Origin: a virus | Direction: 5' to 3' (one strand) | DNA length: 46,481 bases | Virus record (IMG/VR): IMGVR_UViG_3300045454_000008 | Span: 1-46,481 of that record | Shown here: piece by piece, positions 13,409-22,945 of the stretch | Layout of the letters: every line of letters starts with the position of its first letter | Numbering within the stretch: position 1 is the first letter of the stretch | Notes under the pieces: generated by a model | Databases searched by the model: none | Told to the model about the DNA's origin: nothing | The model's input: only the letters and a program-made list of their open reading frames with translations | Translations under genes and position numbers: made by a program

Positions 13409-16400
13409 GTGGAGGTTCCGCCTGTGGCTACCGAGACCACGTTCTACACGCGCGTTGGTGCTGCGGCCCAGGCGGGCGCCCCCATCGGTTCGTCCGTTGA
13501 CATCGCCCGCACCGTCCCCACGAACCGTGCCGCCCAGTCCGCTGGCCGTGCCATCGCTCAGTCGGGGCAGTCGTTCTTCCAGCCGGGCGCCACCCTGAAC
13601 GCGAACCGCGAGGTGGTCCGCGAGGAGGAGGCGCCGTCGTTCTGGGACCGCGTGGGCGGTGTGGTGTCCGGGGTGGGCCGGCCCGTCCTCCGCGCCCTGG
13701 AGTGGGGCACGGAGGCTACGGGCAACATCGCGGAGACGAATCTCCGCACCATCTACGGGCGGGTGTCCCAGGGTGACGTGGGCGGAACCCTGAAGTCCCT
13801 GCTCCTGTCCCCCCTGGCCGATGACGAGTGGCGGGACAACTGGGACCGGGTGGTCAAGGCCCAGGCTTCCATCGGGCAGACCGCGTGGCTGGTCGCCGAG
13901 GACGCCGCCGATAGCCTCGGCCTGTGGGACGCCGGCACGTCCGGTTCCGGCATGGAGGACGAGCAGGGCAACATCGTGGGTCCGCGCGTTCGCTCGCGCG
14001 GCCTGGACCTGCTGGACGACCCGACCCGTCGCGCCGAGCGGCAGGAATACTTCAGCGAGGGCATGGCCCACTGGACTACGGGTGTGGGTGATGCCCTGTG
14101 GCAGGTGTTCGCTGACCCGCTGATCGTGGCCGGTGCAGGGGCCGGTGCCGCCCGCCGGGCGGCCTCCACTCTGAAGGCCGACGACGTGGCCCGGGTGGCT
14201 GACCGCAGCCTGGATGCTGCGGAGCTGACCAACAAGCAGGCCCGTTCCCGGGACCTCGTGCGCCAGTTCGCTGAGGCGTTCGAGGACGCCGGGGCTGGCA
14301 CCGTGTCCAACGCCGCCCGCACCCGCTACCTGAAGAACTCCACCGACGGTGGGGCCATCGCCTACTTCATGGGCCGGGCCGGGGAGTACGCGGACGACGC
14401 GGCCTCCCGGATCGAGCTGCGCGAGGACATCATCTACGCGGGCATGGGCGACAAGGCCGCCCTGGAGCGGGTCGGCCAGCGGGCCGAGCTGCTGCGCGTG
14501 GAACTGGACAAGATGAACGCGCCCCTGCGCGACCTGCCCGACGGTGACGAGCTGGTGCGTGCGGTGGACGCCACCGACGACGACCTCATGCGCCTGGCGT
14601 CAGAGAGCGTCGCCAAGGCGACGGATTCCCCCGTGATCTCCCGGGAGCTGAAGGCGCAGGAGTCCCTGATCCGTAAGGATCTGGAGGCCCTGTCTCGGAT
14701 CACCGAGGTGGGCCGGCCCGTGGCCGGCGTGGACTCGGGTGTGGGTGGCCTGGCGAACATCCCCGCGACGCGGGCCGGTGCCCGCCGTGACGTGGCCCGC
14801 ATCACGAAGACCCGCCAGTACGGGCAGTTCCTGGAGCCGGTGCAGTACGTGACCGGGCGTCACCTGCCGGGCACGTTCAAGCTGTCCGACGACGACGCAG
14901 GGAACGTGTTCCACGAGGCCGTGCTGCGTGCGCGGCGTGTGGCGACCGGCCTGGCCGGTGACCAGCGGGAGGCGTTCACGGCGGCCCTGAAGGGCCTGGA
15001 GGACGAGTTCCTGGCCGCTGGGATCGGCGCCCAGTCGAAGGCTGCGCGCGGCACCATCGTGGCCCGCTTCGACTCCCTGGTGGACGAGGTGATCGCCGCC
15101 AAGTACGGGGTGGACAAGGACGCGCTGGGCGCGGTGCACTCTGCGGTCCGTGGCCGCCGCAAGGCGACCATCCAGGCTGTGGCGACCCGTGCCTACCAGG
15201 CGCGGTCCGCGAATCAGGTGGAGGCGCTGCACGCCGGGGACGGCGTGTTCGCCATCGCCCCGGATGCCAAGTGGGTGGAGGATCTGGGGCGGCCTGTGGC
15301 CCGCTCGCAGATCGAGGACTTCGTGTCCATCATCGACCCGCGCCTGCTGGACCGGTTCGCCCAGAACCACTTCAAGGACGGCATGTCCGGGTTCGCCAAG
15401 ATGCGTGCGAACGTGGACCCGCGCCGCCTGCACGGCACCCGTGCGTGGGAGGTGACCGAGCACGCGCTGTCGGTGATGAACCGGGCGTGGAAGTTCGGTG
15501 CGCTGCTGCGCCCGTTCGCCTACTTCGTCCGCGCCCAGATGGACACGCAGGCCCGGAACCTGGCGATGCTGACTCCGCTGAAGTACATGGCGGACGCTGG
15601 GCGCAGCGGCTTCGTCAATCTTCCGGCGAACTTGCGCAAGATGGACAAGGGCGAGGCCCTTGCCCTGTCGCAGCGGTTCTTCGCACACCAGCGCATCGAC
15701 GAGATCGAGGACGCGCTGGCGCGCGGGATCGACGACGAGGCCCTGGCGAAGGAGCTGGCCGACCTGAAGGAGGCCGTCGCCAAGCCGGTTACGTTCAAGC
15801 GTACGGGCGAGAAGGTTCGCGTCCGTGACACGGAGGCCGCCCGCATTCGAGGCAAGTCGGCCCGGATCGACCGCCAGGGCAACTACACGGCCCCCAGGGC
15901 CAGGGATGCCTACCGCTCCACGGACGAGTTCAAGCGAGTCGTTGCATCGTTCGACGCCGAGGACTCCATCCTCGGGTTGCTCACCGGGTCCACTCGGGGG
16001 CAGCTGGACTCGATGCGCCGCTCCGGGCGGTGGGACCTCATCCGAGGTTCCGACGCCTCCTGGGACACGGCGTACATCCGCGCGGTGAACAACCAGATCC
16101 GATCCGACGCTCTCGGCCAGCGGCTCCTCGCCGGCCAGACGGACGAGGAGATCCTGGCCTGGTTCAAGAACGACCCCGAGGGCATCAAGTACCTGCGGGA
16201 CATGCGGGCCACGGGCGCCGAGTCGGGCGCCGTGGTGGTGGCCCGGTTCCGTGACCACATCGACACGCTGCTGCCGGAAGGTTCGGCTGCGAGGTCGGTG
16301 GCCCTGGAGCGTAGCATCACCGCCAAGGAGATCAAGGAGATGTGGCCGGTCCCGTCGGACCGCCCCCACGTCCCCGGCGAGATCCTGGACGAGAACTGGA

Positions 16401-18229
16401 CGCGGCCCGTGGCCGCTGCCTACGAGTCCATCGAGCGACGCTACTTCCAGTGGGTCGCGCAGATCCCGGAGAACATGATGGGCCGGCACCCGCTGTACGC
16501 GGGCCGGTTCGAGGTGCACGCCAAGAAGCTCATCGAGCAGACGGGCCTGGACGAGGCGACCATGACCCTCGGCCAGATCAACGACGTGCGCCGTGCCGCC
16601 GACAGGTTCGCCCGTCGGGACATCGGTCGGTACATGTTCGACACGTCCAAGCAGACCAACATCGGCCACATGCTCCGCTTCGTGTCCCCGTTCTACGGGG
16701 CATGGGAGGACACGATGGTCAAGTGGGCCAGGATCTTCGGGCAGCACCCGGAGATGCTGGCGCTGGGCTGGAAGGTCGCCCGCTCCCCGAACGCCGCCGG
16801 GCTGGTGGTGGACGAGGACGGCAACCAGATCGACCCGCTGGGCAACGTCCGCGACCGGAACACGGGCGAGGTGATCGGCCAGAAGGGGATGTGGGACGGG
16901 TACGTGGTCCTGCCGATCCCCGGTCCGCTCCAGAAGTGGACGGGCGCGAAGGACGTGCGGATCGCCAAGAACGCGGCGAACGTCATCTTCCAGGGTGACC
17001 CGTGGTTCCTGCCCGGCCCCGGCCCGATGTTGGCCGTGCCCGCCAACGAGATCATCGTCAACTCCTTCCCGGAGGTGTGGGGCGAGGAGGGATCGGAGAA
17101 CCCGATCCTGAAGTGGATTCTGCCCTACGGCCCCACCTCGGACAGCGTGGCCGAGCAGGTCATGCCGTCCTGGGCGAAGGCCGCGAAGGACGCACTCACC
17201 CAGGACTCGCGCCGCGTCGACCAGGTGTTCACCCAGCTGTACATCGAGCAGGTGAACGCCGAGCGCAACGGTGAGTCCGACCCCATGTCGGACGACGACC
17301 GCATGGACCTCATCGCCAACCGCACCCGAAACTGGACGCTCCTGCGCCTGTTCGGGACGCAGATGCCGTTCACGTTCACACCCCAGTCCCGCCTCGGCTT
17401 CTACAAGTCGGAGTGGGACCGCTACCGCCGCGAGTTCGGGGCGGACGCGGAGGAGCGGTTCGCGCAGGACTACCCCGAGTATTTCGACATGGCGATCAGC
17501 CTGTCGGAGTCGGAGACGGGCCTGCGGGCAACCGACGAGTCGTGGGGCGCGATCCAGGCGTACCGCAACGACATGGCGAAGCACCCCGAGTACGGGTGGT
17601 TCTGGGCCGGCGCGGCGAACCTGGCCGACGGGTGGTCGCAGGGCGTCTACCACGCCCAGCTCCGCCAGGAGGTCGGGCCTGGGACGAGCACGCACTTCCG
17701 GCGGCGCAAGGACCCGCTGGAGGCGGCTCGTGAGGCGATGGTGTCCCAGGGCTGGCGGGAGTACCAGCAGATCAGCACGGCGCTGGACCTGAAGCTGGAG
17801 GAGCGGGGGCTGACCTCGCTGCGACAGACCGGGGCCGAAGACCTTGCGGCGATCCGCGAGGAGTTCGTGCAGGAGCTGTCGGTGCGCAACCAGGACTGGG
17901 CCGCGGCCTACCGCGAGGGCGGGAATCCGGGGAAGGTCACCGAGTTCCTGACGCTGGCGATCGACCAGTTCAACTCCCACCCCGAGCTGATGTCTCGCGG
18001 TGACGGCGCTGCGCTTGCGCAGTACCTGGAGATCAGGAACGCCATCAAGTCGAAGATGGCCGAGCGTGGCCTGTCTTCGATCAACGCCCAGGGCAACGCG
18101 GACCTGCTCGAAATCTGGGAGCAGGCAACGGCGGAACTCCGCCAGGACGTGGGGTTCGACCAGATGTGGACGCGAGTGCTCTCTCGTGACGACCTGTCCG
18201 GTGAGACGTATGCGAAGGAGGCTGGCTGA
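13409..18229 (+). CDS. Giant (about 1600 aa) putative internal virion/ejection protein
   Basis: Single uninterrupted 4.8-kb ORF directly after the portal module and before the scaffold and capsid genes. The likely true start is GTG 13424, 8 nt after GGAGG. No polymerase or tape-measure motifs were recognised. Confidence 0.8.
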   Translation: MEVPPVATETTFYTRVGAAAQAGAPIGSSVDIARTVPTNRAAQSAGRAIAQSGQSFFQPGATLNANREVVREEEAPSFWDRVGGVVSGVGRPVLRALEWGTEATGNIAETNLRTIYGRVSQGDVGGTLKSLLLSPLADDEWRDNWDRVVKAQASIGQTAWLVAEDAADSLGLWDAGTSGSGMEDEQGNIVGPRVRSRGLDLLDDPTRRAERQEYFSEGMAHWTTGVGDALWQVFADPLIVAGAGAGAARRAASTLKADDVARVADRSLDAAELTNKQARSRDLVRQFAEAFEDAGAGTVSNAARTRYLKNSTDGGAIAYFMGRAGEYADDAASRIELREDIIYAGMGDKAALERVGQRAELLRVELDKMNAPLRDLPDGDELVRAVDATDDDLMRLASESVAKATDSPVISRELKAQESLIRKDLEALSRITEVGRPVAGVDSGVGGLANIPATRAGARRDVARITKTRQYGQFLEPVQYVTGRHLPGTFKLSDDDAGNVFHEAVLRARRVATGLAGDQREAFTAALKGLEDEFLAAGIGAQSKAARGTIVARFDSLVDEVIAAKYGVDKDALGAVHSAVRGRRKATIQAVATRAYQARSANQVEALHAGDGVFAIAPDAKWVEDLGRPVARSQIEDFVSIIDPRLLDRFAQNHFKDGMSGFAKMRANVDPRRLHGTRAWEVTEHALSVMNRAWKFGALLRPFAYFVRAQMDTQARNLAMLTPLKYMADAGRSGFVNLPANLRKMDKGEALALSQRFFAHQRIDEIEDALARGIDDEALAKELADLKEAVAKPVTFKRTGEKVRVRDTEAARIRGKSARIDRQGNYTAPRARDAYRSTDEFKRVVASFDAEDSILGLLTGSTRGQLDSMRRSGRWDLIRGSDASWDTAYIRAVNNQIRSDALGQRLLAGQTDEEILAWFKNDPEGIKYLRDMRATGAESGAVVVARFRDHIDTLLPEGSAARSVALERSITAKEIKEMWPVPSDRPHVPGEILDENWTRPVAAAYESIERRYFQWVAQIPENMMGRHPLYAGRFEVHAKKLIEQTGLDEATMTLGQINDVRRAADRFARRDIGRYMFDTSKQTNIGHMLRFVSPFYGAWEDTMVKWARIFGQHPEMLALGWKVARSPNAAGLVVDEDGNQIDPLGNVRDRNTGEVIGQKGMWDGYVVLPIPGPLQKWTGAKDVRIAKNAANVIFQGDPWFLPGPGPMLAVPANEIIVNSFPEVWGEEGSENPILKWILPYGPTSDSVAEQVMPSWAKAAKDALTQDSRRVDQVFTQLYIEQVNAERNGESDPMSDDDRMDLIANRTRNWTLLRLFGTQMPFTFTPQSRLGFYKSEWDRYRREFGADAEERFAQDYPEYFDMAISLSESETGLRATDESWGAIQAYRNDMAKHPEYGWFWAGAANLADGWSQGVYHAQLRQEVGPGTSTHFRRRKDPLEAAREAMVSQGWREYQQISTALDLKLEERGLTSLRQTGAEDLAAIREEFVQELSVRNQDWAAAYREGGNPGKVTEFLTLAIDQFNSHPELMSRGDGAALAQYLEIRNAIKSKMAERGLSSINAQGNADLLEIWEQATAELRQDVGFDQMWTRVLSRDDLSGETYAKEAG

Positions 18230-19197
18230 TGGCGCGTATCGACGACTATCTGTCTCGCGTCAACCAGGCCCCGACGCAGCCGTTCAGTGGCGGGGGCGGA
18301 AGCTTCGGGGGCGGTGGCGGTCGCAGTGACCGCCCCGTCCCCACCGTCTGGATGGGTTCGCAGGGTGCGTCCACTCAGGTGACCACCCGCAGGACCAGCA
18401 CTCGGGCCAGGCCCGGGACGATGCGCCTGGACGACGGTAGCCCCTCCCCGGGGCGCACCACCGGGCGCAAGACGGAGACCGCTCCTGGTGTGATCCTCAC
18501 CGACGACGTGCGCCCTGCGGACGACGTGGCGGGGATGGTGGCCGAGTGGTACGGAACCCCCGCGTTCGACCGCTGGGGCCAGCACCTGCTGAAGCTGGGC
18601 CTGATCGACCCCGGTGACGAGACCTCGTTCGAGATCCTGGACGAGGCGTGGCGGGATGCCGTCGCGCTGGCGTCCCGGTTCCCACCGTCGAAGCGGATCA
18701 CCCCGTTCGAGGCTGCGCGGCTCATGGCGAAGACGGGTGGTGCTGCCGCCCGCTCCGGCGGGGGTCGCGGTGGTGGCGGCGGTTCCCGCTACGGGACGGC
18801 CCGGGAGGCTGCCTTCACAGGCGCCCGCACGGTGACCAGCCGTCAGCAGAACGTGGACCTGACGGACCCGAAGACGGCGAGGGCCATCGCCAACGACGCC
18901 CTGTCCCAGTACCTGGGCCGGGCGGCCACCGACGAGGAGATCACCGCCTTCACGGCGTCGATCAACGCGGCGGAGCGGGCCAACCCGACGGTGACCGACA
19001 CGACCACCACGGCGAACTACGTGGAGGGCGAGCAGACCTCGCAGTCCTCGTCGTCCACCACCAGCGGCGGCGTGACCGCCGCCGCACGGAACCAGATCGT
19101 CGCTGACGCGGCGATGCAGAAGCCCGAGTACGGGGCCTACCAGGCGGCCTCCACCTACTGGAACGCCTTGCTCCAGTCCATCGGGGCGCCAGTCTGA
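18229..19197 (+). CDS. Hypothetical virion-module protein (Gly-rich N-terminus)
   Basis: 322-aa ORF. TGATG overlap with the giant ORF. Confidence 0.7.
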   Translation: MARIDDYLSRVNQAPTQPFSGGGGSFGGGGGRSDRPVPTVWMGSQGASTQVTTRRTSTRARPGTMRLDDGSPSPGRTTGRKTETAPGVILTDDVRPADDVAGMVAEWYGTPAFDRWGQHLLKLGLIDPGDETSFEILDEAWRDAVALASRFPPSKRITPFEAARLMAKTGGAAARSGGGRGGGGGSRYGTAREAAFTGARTVTSRQQNVDLTDPKTARAIANDALSQYLGRAATDEEITAFTASINAAERANPTVTDTTTTANYVEGEQTSQSSSSTTSGGVTAAARNQIVADAAMQKPEYGAYQAASTYWNALLQSIGAPV

Positions 19198-19211
19198 GCG
19201 GGAGGTGAGCG

Positions 19212-20267
19212 GTGTCCGTCGAAACCCCTGAGCGTGGCGGCCCGAGACCCGCCACCTCCCGCCGGGAAGACGACTCCGATGTCGTGAAGGTGAAGGACTC
19301 TGGCTACGGCGCGGCCCCGATCGAGAACCCGTTCACGGCGTACATGCTCCCCACGTTCGAGGCGCCCGAGGAGTACGACAAGATCGGTGAAGCTCCGGAG
19401 CCGGTGGAGCCGATCGAGATTCCCACGGCACCGAAGCCCAGCAGCAAGGGTCTTCTGGGCAGCGCGGGCGCGTGGGGCGGTTACGCCAACGGGCTGATCC
19501 CCGTGTCCGCCCTGGCGGAGATCAGCTTCGCCCGGGGGCAGGTTGCCGAGAAGAACGCCGCTGCGGCGTTCGAGGCGATGAACGCCGCCTACAAGGCGGA
19601 GACGGGGCGGAACATCGGCGTCACCGACTCCTACCGCTCGCTGAGCGGTCAGCAGGCGGTGGCCCGGAAGAAGCCGAAGCTGGCCGCCAAGCCCGGCACC
19701 TCCAACCATGGGTGGGGCAAGGCGTTCGACCTGAACGTCCGTGGTGACAAGCAGCTGAAGGCGTGGCTGGACGCCAACGCCGCACGGTTCGGGTTCGTCA
19801 ACCCCGACTGGGCGAAGAAGTCCAGCCGCTTCGAGCCGTGGCATTGGGAGTACACGGGCGGCGGTGCCCAGCCGGCTGCACGCCGGCCCAAGCCCGCCAG
19901 CCCCAACGCGGAGAAGGTGATCCGCAAGGCGAAGGAGTACGTGGGCACGCCGTACAAGTGGGGCGGCGCGTCGCCCCTGGGGTTCGACCAGTCGGGGTTC
20001 ACCCAGTTCGTGTACCGGACGGTGGGCGTGAACCTGCCCCGGATCTCCTACCAGCAAGCCACCTACGGGCGGCGCATCCCCATCGACGACCTCAGCCCCG
20101 GTGACCTCGTGGCCTGGGACTCGTCACCACAGACGAACGGGGCCGATCACGTCGCCCTGTTCATCGGCAACGGCCAGGTGATCCACGCCCCCCGCCCCGG
20201 TGAGCGCGTGAAGATCAGCCACCTGTGGGACATCGAGCGCGCCTGGGGCATCCAAATGAACCTGTGA
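19212..20267 (+). CDS. Two-domain cell-wall hydrolase: M15 (VanY-like) peptidase + NlpC/P60
   Basis: SYRSLSGQQ...PGTSNHGWGKAFD...FEPWHWEY (M15), then YVGTPYKWGGASPLGFDQSGFTQFVY...DHVALFIG (NlpC/P60; a Q sits where the catalytic Cys is expected, see findings). Confidence 0.75.
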   Translation: MSVETPERGGPRPATSRREDDSDVVKVKDSGYGAAPIENPFTAYMLPTFEAPEEYDKIGEAPEPVEPIEIPTAPKPSSKGLLGSAGAWGGYANGLIPVSALAEISFARGQVAEKNAAAAFEAMNAAYKAETGRNIGVTDSYRSLSGQQAVARKKPKLAAKPGTSNHGWGKAFDLNVRGDKQLKAWLDANAARFGFVNPDWAKKSSRFEPWHWEYTGGGAQPAARRPKPASPNAEKVIRKAKEYVGTPYKWGGASPLGFDQSGFTQFVYRTVGVNLPRISYQQATYGRRIPIDDLSPGDLVAWDSSPQTNGADHVALFIGNGQVIHAPRPGERVKISHLWDIERAWGIQMNL

Positions 20268-20280
20268 CAAGGAGGCCCGC

Positions 20281-21372
20281 ATGAGAGTCGGCTCTCGCGG
20301 AAGTAACGTTCGGGCCTTGCAGCAGCAGCTGGCCGCTGCCGGGTTCAACCCCGGGCCGATCGACGGGATATTCGGCGCCCGCACGGCGTCAGCGGTGCGC
20401 GCATTCCAGAGCGCCAGGGGCCTGAAGGTGGACGGCATTGCCGGGCCGCAGACGATGGGCGCCCTCGGAGGCGGCGGCGGCGGAGGGGCGGCCCCTGCCG
20501 CGCCCAGCGCGCCCACGATCGAGCAGCAGGAGCTGGCCGCGCGCTACGGCTTCGCGATGGCCGTGCTCAACTCGAACCCGGAACTGAAGTCCCTGTTCAA
20601 CAGGGCCGTGGCCCAGACGTACACCCCGGAGCGCTTCCAGGCTGAGCTGCGCGGGACGCAGTGGTTCCAGAAGACTTCGGAGAATCAGCGCAACGCGCAG
20701 ATCCTGAAGGCCGCCGACCCGGCGACCTACCAGAAGCGCATGGAGCAGGTCCGCACCCGGATGCTGATGATGGCCTCCGAGATGGGTGCGGTGATCCCGC
20801 AGAACCACATCGACTCCACGGCCAACCATTTCCTGACCTTCGGCTACGACGACAACCAGATCCGCCAGCACCTGTCCCACTGGGTGAGGTTTCAGGACGG
20901 GCGGATGCTGGGGCAGGCCGGCCAGTGGGAGACGGAGCTGCGGGCCTACGCCCAGGACATGGGTGTGAACCTCTCGAACAACGCCATCCAGCACTACGTG
21001 AACCAGGCTGCTGGCGGGCGGATCACCTTCGATGACGCCCTCGGCAACGTGCGCAAGATGGCGGCCTCCGCCTTCCCGCACCTGGCCGACCGGATCGCGG
21101 CAGGCGAGACGGTGGCCGACATCGCTGACCCGTATCGGCAGACGATGGCGCAGCTGCTGGAGATGAACCCGGAGTCGATCACCCTGGCCGACCCGACGAT
21201 CAAGCAGGCGCTCCAGGCGAAGGGGCAGGACGGCAAGCCGGTCCTGCGGACCCTGTACGACTTCGAGAACGACCTGCGCCAAGACAAGCGATGGCTGAAG
21301 ACGAAGGGGGCGCAGGACGCGGCGATGGCGACCACTAATCGCGTCCTCAAGGACATGGGGCTGGTGTCCTGA
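20281..21372 (+). CDS. Peptidoglycan-binding-domain protein (virion module)
   Basis: AAGGAGG RBS. The N-terminus GSRGSNVRALQQQLAAAGFNPGPIDGIFGARTASAVRAFQSARGLKVDGIAGPQT matches the PG_binding_1 pattern. Confidence 0.7.
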   Translation: MRVGSRGSNVRALQQQLAAAGFNPGPIDGIFGARTASAVRAFQSARGLKVDGIAGPQTMGALGGGGGGGAAPAAPSAPTIEQQELAARYGFAMAVLNSNPELKSLFNRAVAQTYTPERFQAELRGTQWFQKTSENQRNAQILKAADPATYQKRMEQVRTRMLMMASEMGAVIPQNHIDSTANHFLTFGYDDNQIRQHLSHWVRFQDGRMLGQAGQWETELRAYAQDMGVNLSNNAIQHYVNQAAGGRITFDDALGNVRKMAASAFPHLADRIAAGETVADIADPYRQTMAQLLEMNPESITLADPTIKQALQAKGQDGKPVLRTLYDFENDLRQDKRWLKTKGAQDAAMATTNRVLKDMGLVS

Positions 21373-22220
21373 TGGCTACTTCAACTGACCCGTTCGGCGG
21401 CCTGGAGGGCGCCGACCGTGACGCCTACCTGGCGATCACGAACACCCTGAAGGCATACGGCCTGGAATCCCTTGCCCCGTCCGTGCTGGGCTTCATCCAG
21501 CAGGGCTACTCCGCCGACACGATCAACGTCCTGTTGCAGCAGTCCCCGGAATACAAGAAGCGCTTCGCGGCCAACGAGGCCCGGCGCCAGAAGGGGCTGC
21601 CCGTCCTGTCGCCCGCCGAGTACCTGGCGACGGAGCGGTCCTACCGCCAGGTCATGGCAGCCGCCGGGCTGCCGGTCGGCTTCTACGACGAGCCGTCCGA
21701 CTTCGAGAACTGGCTGGCGAACGACGTGTCCCCCGTTGAGGTGCAGGAGCGTGTCAACCTAGCCGCCGACTTCATCAACACCACCGACCCCGGCGTGCTG
21801 GACACGATGCGCCAGTGGTACAGCGACGGTGACCTGATCGCCTACGCGCTGGACCGTGACCGTGCCACCCGGGTGCTGGAGCGTCAGTTCCAGGCGGCCC
21901 GCATCGGTGACGCCGCACAGGACCAGGGCGTGGGTATCGACCGGGGCCTGGCGGAGCGGATCGCTGACACGGGCGTGGACGCCAACCAGGCCCGCCAGGG
22001 CTTCGGCACCGCCGCCGCTGTGGGCGCCAACGCCGCTCGCCTGTCGGAGGTGTACGGCGGTTCGTACACCCAGGAGGACGCCATGAACGAGGTGTTCTTC
22101 AGCGACGAGCAGGCCGCGCGGAAGCGTCGTGGGCTTGCCTCGCAGGAGCGCGCCCAGTTCTCCGGCGGTGGTGGCATCAACGAGCGGTCCCTGTCCACGC
22201 GCCAGGCGGGACAGGTCTAG
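21372..22220 (+). CDS. Hypothetical virion-module protein
   Basis: 282-aa ORF with a TGATG-coupled start. Confidence 0.7.
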   Translation: MATSTDPFGGLEGADRDAYLAITNTLKAYGLESLAPSVLGFIQQGYSADTINVLLQQSPEYKKRFAANEARRQKGLPVLSPAEYLATERSYRQVMAAAGLPVGFYDEPSDFENWLANDVSPVEVQERVNLAADFINTTDPGVLDTMRQWYSDGDLIAYALDRDRATRVLERQFQAARIGDAAQDQGVGIDRGLAERIADTGVDANQARQGFGTAAAVGANAARLSEVYGGSYTQEDAMNEVFFSDEQAARKRRGLASQERAQFSGGGGINERSLSTRQAGQV

Positions 22221-22226
22221 CAGTAC

Positions 22227-22274
22227 GGAGCGGGACGGTCTTTACGGGGGTTCGACTCCCCCGCCGCTCACCCA
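22227..22274 (+). other. tRNA-like acceptor/T-arm minihelix (not a tRNA gene)
   Basis: Reads G-GAGCGG-GACGGTCTTTA-CGGGGG-TTCGACT-CCCCCG-CCGCTC-ACCCA. The 6+6 bp stems could stack coaxially, the loop matches the canonical T-loop, and the 3' tail is ACCCA. There are no D or anticodon arms, and no 5' acceptor partner lies at tRNA distance. Confidence 0.5.
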
Positions 22275-22294
22275 ACACGGACCGGCCGGCCCTC

Positions 22295-22325
22295 GTGTTG
22301 CGATCCCCAAGACCGGTAGTACGAG
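22295..22325 (+). promoter_or_regulatory. Possible internal promoter before the scaffold and capsid genes
   Basis: GTGTTGCGA-N16-TACGAG. The -10 lacks the final T. Preceded by inverted repeat CAACACG...CGTGTTG (22274-22300). Confidence 0.3.
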
Positions 22326-22390
22326 CTGCCCACCCTTCCCCTGGGGCTGGGCACGGCGTGCGATTCACACAGAAAAGGGAGAGGCCCCAA

Positions 22391-22915
22391 GTGGCTGAGT
22401 TCAACGACATCGACCTGACCGACGACCAGCACGACGACTCCGACCTCGTGCGCCAGCTCCGCAAGCAGCTGCGCGACAAGGACAGGGAGCTGAAGGCGGC
22501 GCTGGGTGAGGTTGAGGCGTTCCGCACGCAGACCGTCGAGTCCGCCATCAAGGACGCTCTGAAGGGTGTCCCGGAGGACCGCCGGGCGAAGGTGGAGAAG
22601 CTGATCCGCAAGGAGGCGAAGACCACCGAGGACGTGCAGACGTGGCTGGACGAGTACAGCGACGTGTTCGACATCCGTCAGGGTGTTGACGTTTCTGGCG
22701 CTGAGACCGCCGGAAACGCCGCTGAGAGCGGCGAGGAGAGCGCAGGTGTGGACCCGTCCACCCGGGCCGCTTTCGAGGCCGCACAGCGCACGGAGGCGGG
22801 TGCCGGTGCACCCGTTCACGCGGGGCCTGAGCGCATCAAGCGACTGCTGGCGGAGACCAGCGGTGGCTATGACGCGGTGATGCAGAAGCTGCGCGAGGAA
22901 GGCCTCGCGCAGTAA
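22391..22915 (+). CDS. Scaffolding protein
   Basis: Trimmed to GTG 22391 (GGGAGAGG upstream). 174 aa, acidic and coiled-coil-like. Lies immediately upstream of the capsid gene. Confidence 0.6.
   Translation: MAEFNDIDLTDDQHDDSDLVRQLRKQLRDKDRELKAALGEVEAFRTQTVESAIKDALKGVPEDRRAKVEKLIRKEAKTTEDVQTWLDEYSDVFDIRQGVDVSGAETAGNAAESGEESAGVDPSTRAAFEAAQRTEAGAGAPVHAGPERIKRLLAETSGGYDAVMQKLREEGLAQ
22683..22695 (+). promoter_or_regulatory. 13-bp motif copy GTGTTGACGTTTC (mid-gene, encodes G-V-D-V-S)
   Basis: Exact consensus with no -10 downstream. Confidence 0.55.
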
Positions 22916-22945
22916 CCCCCACAAACCTGAAAGGAAGGTGACGAC

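Noticed and set aside
22227-22274. Possible tRNA genes at 22227-22274, 4747-4794 and 5717-5761 because of GGTTCGA-type T-arms.
   Set aside because: No D arm or anticodon arm can be drawn. The sequence 48 nt upstream of each T-stem does not pair with the 3' acceptor strand. These are reported instead as tRNA-like minihelices.
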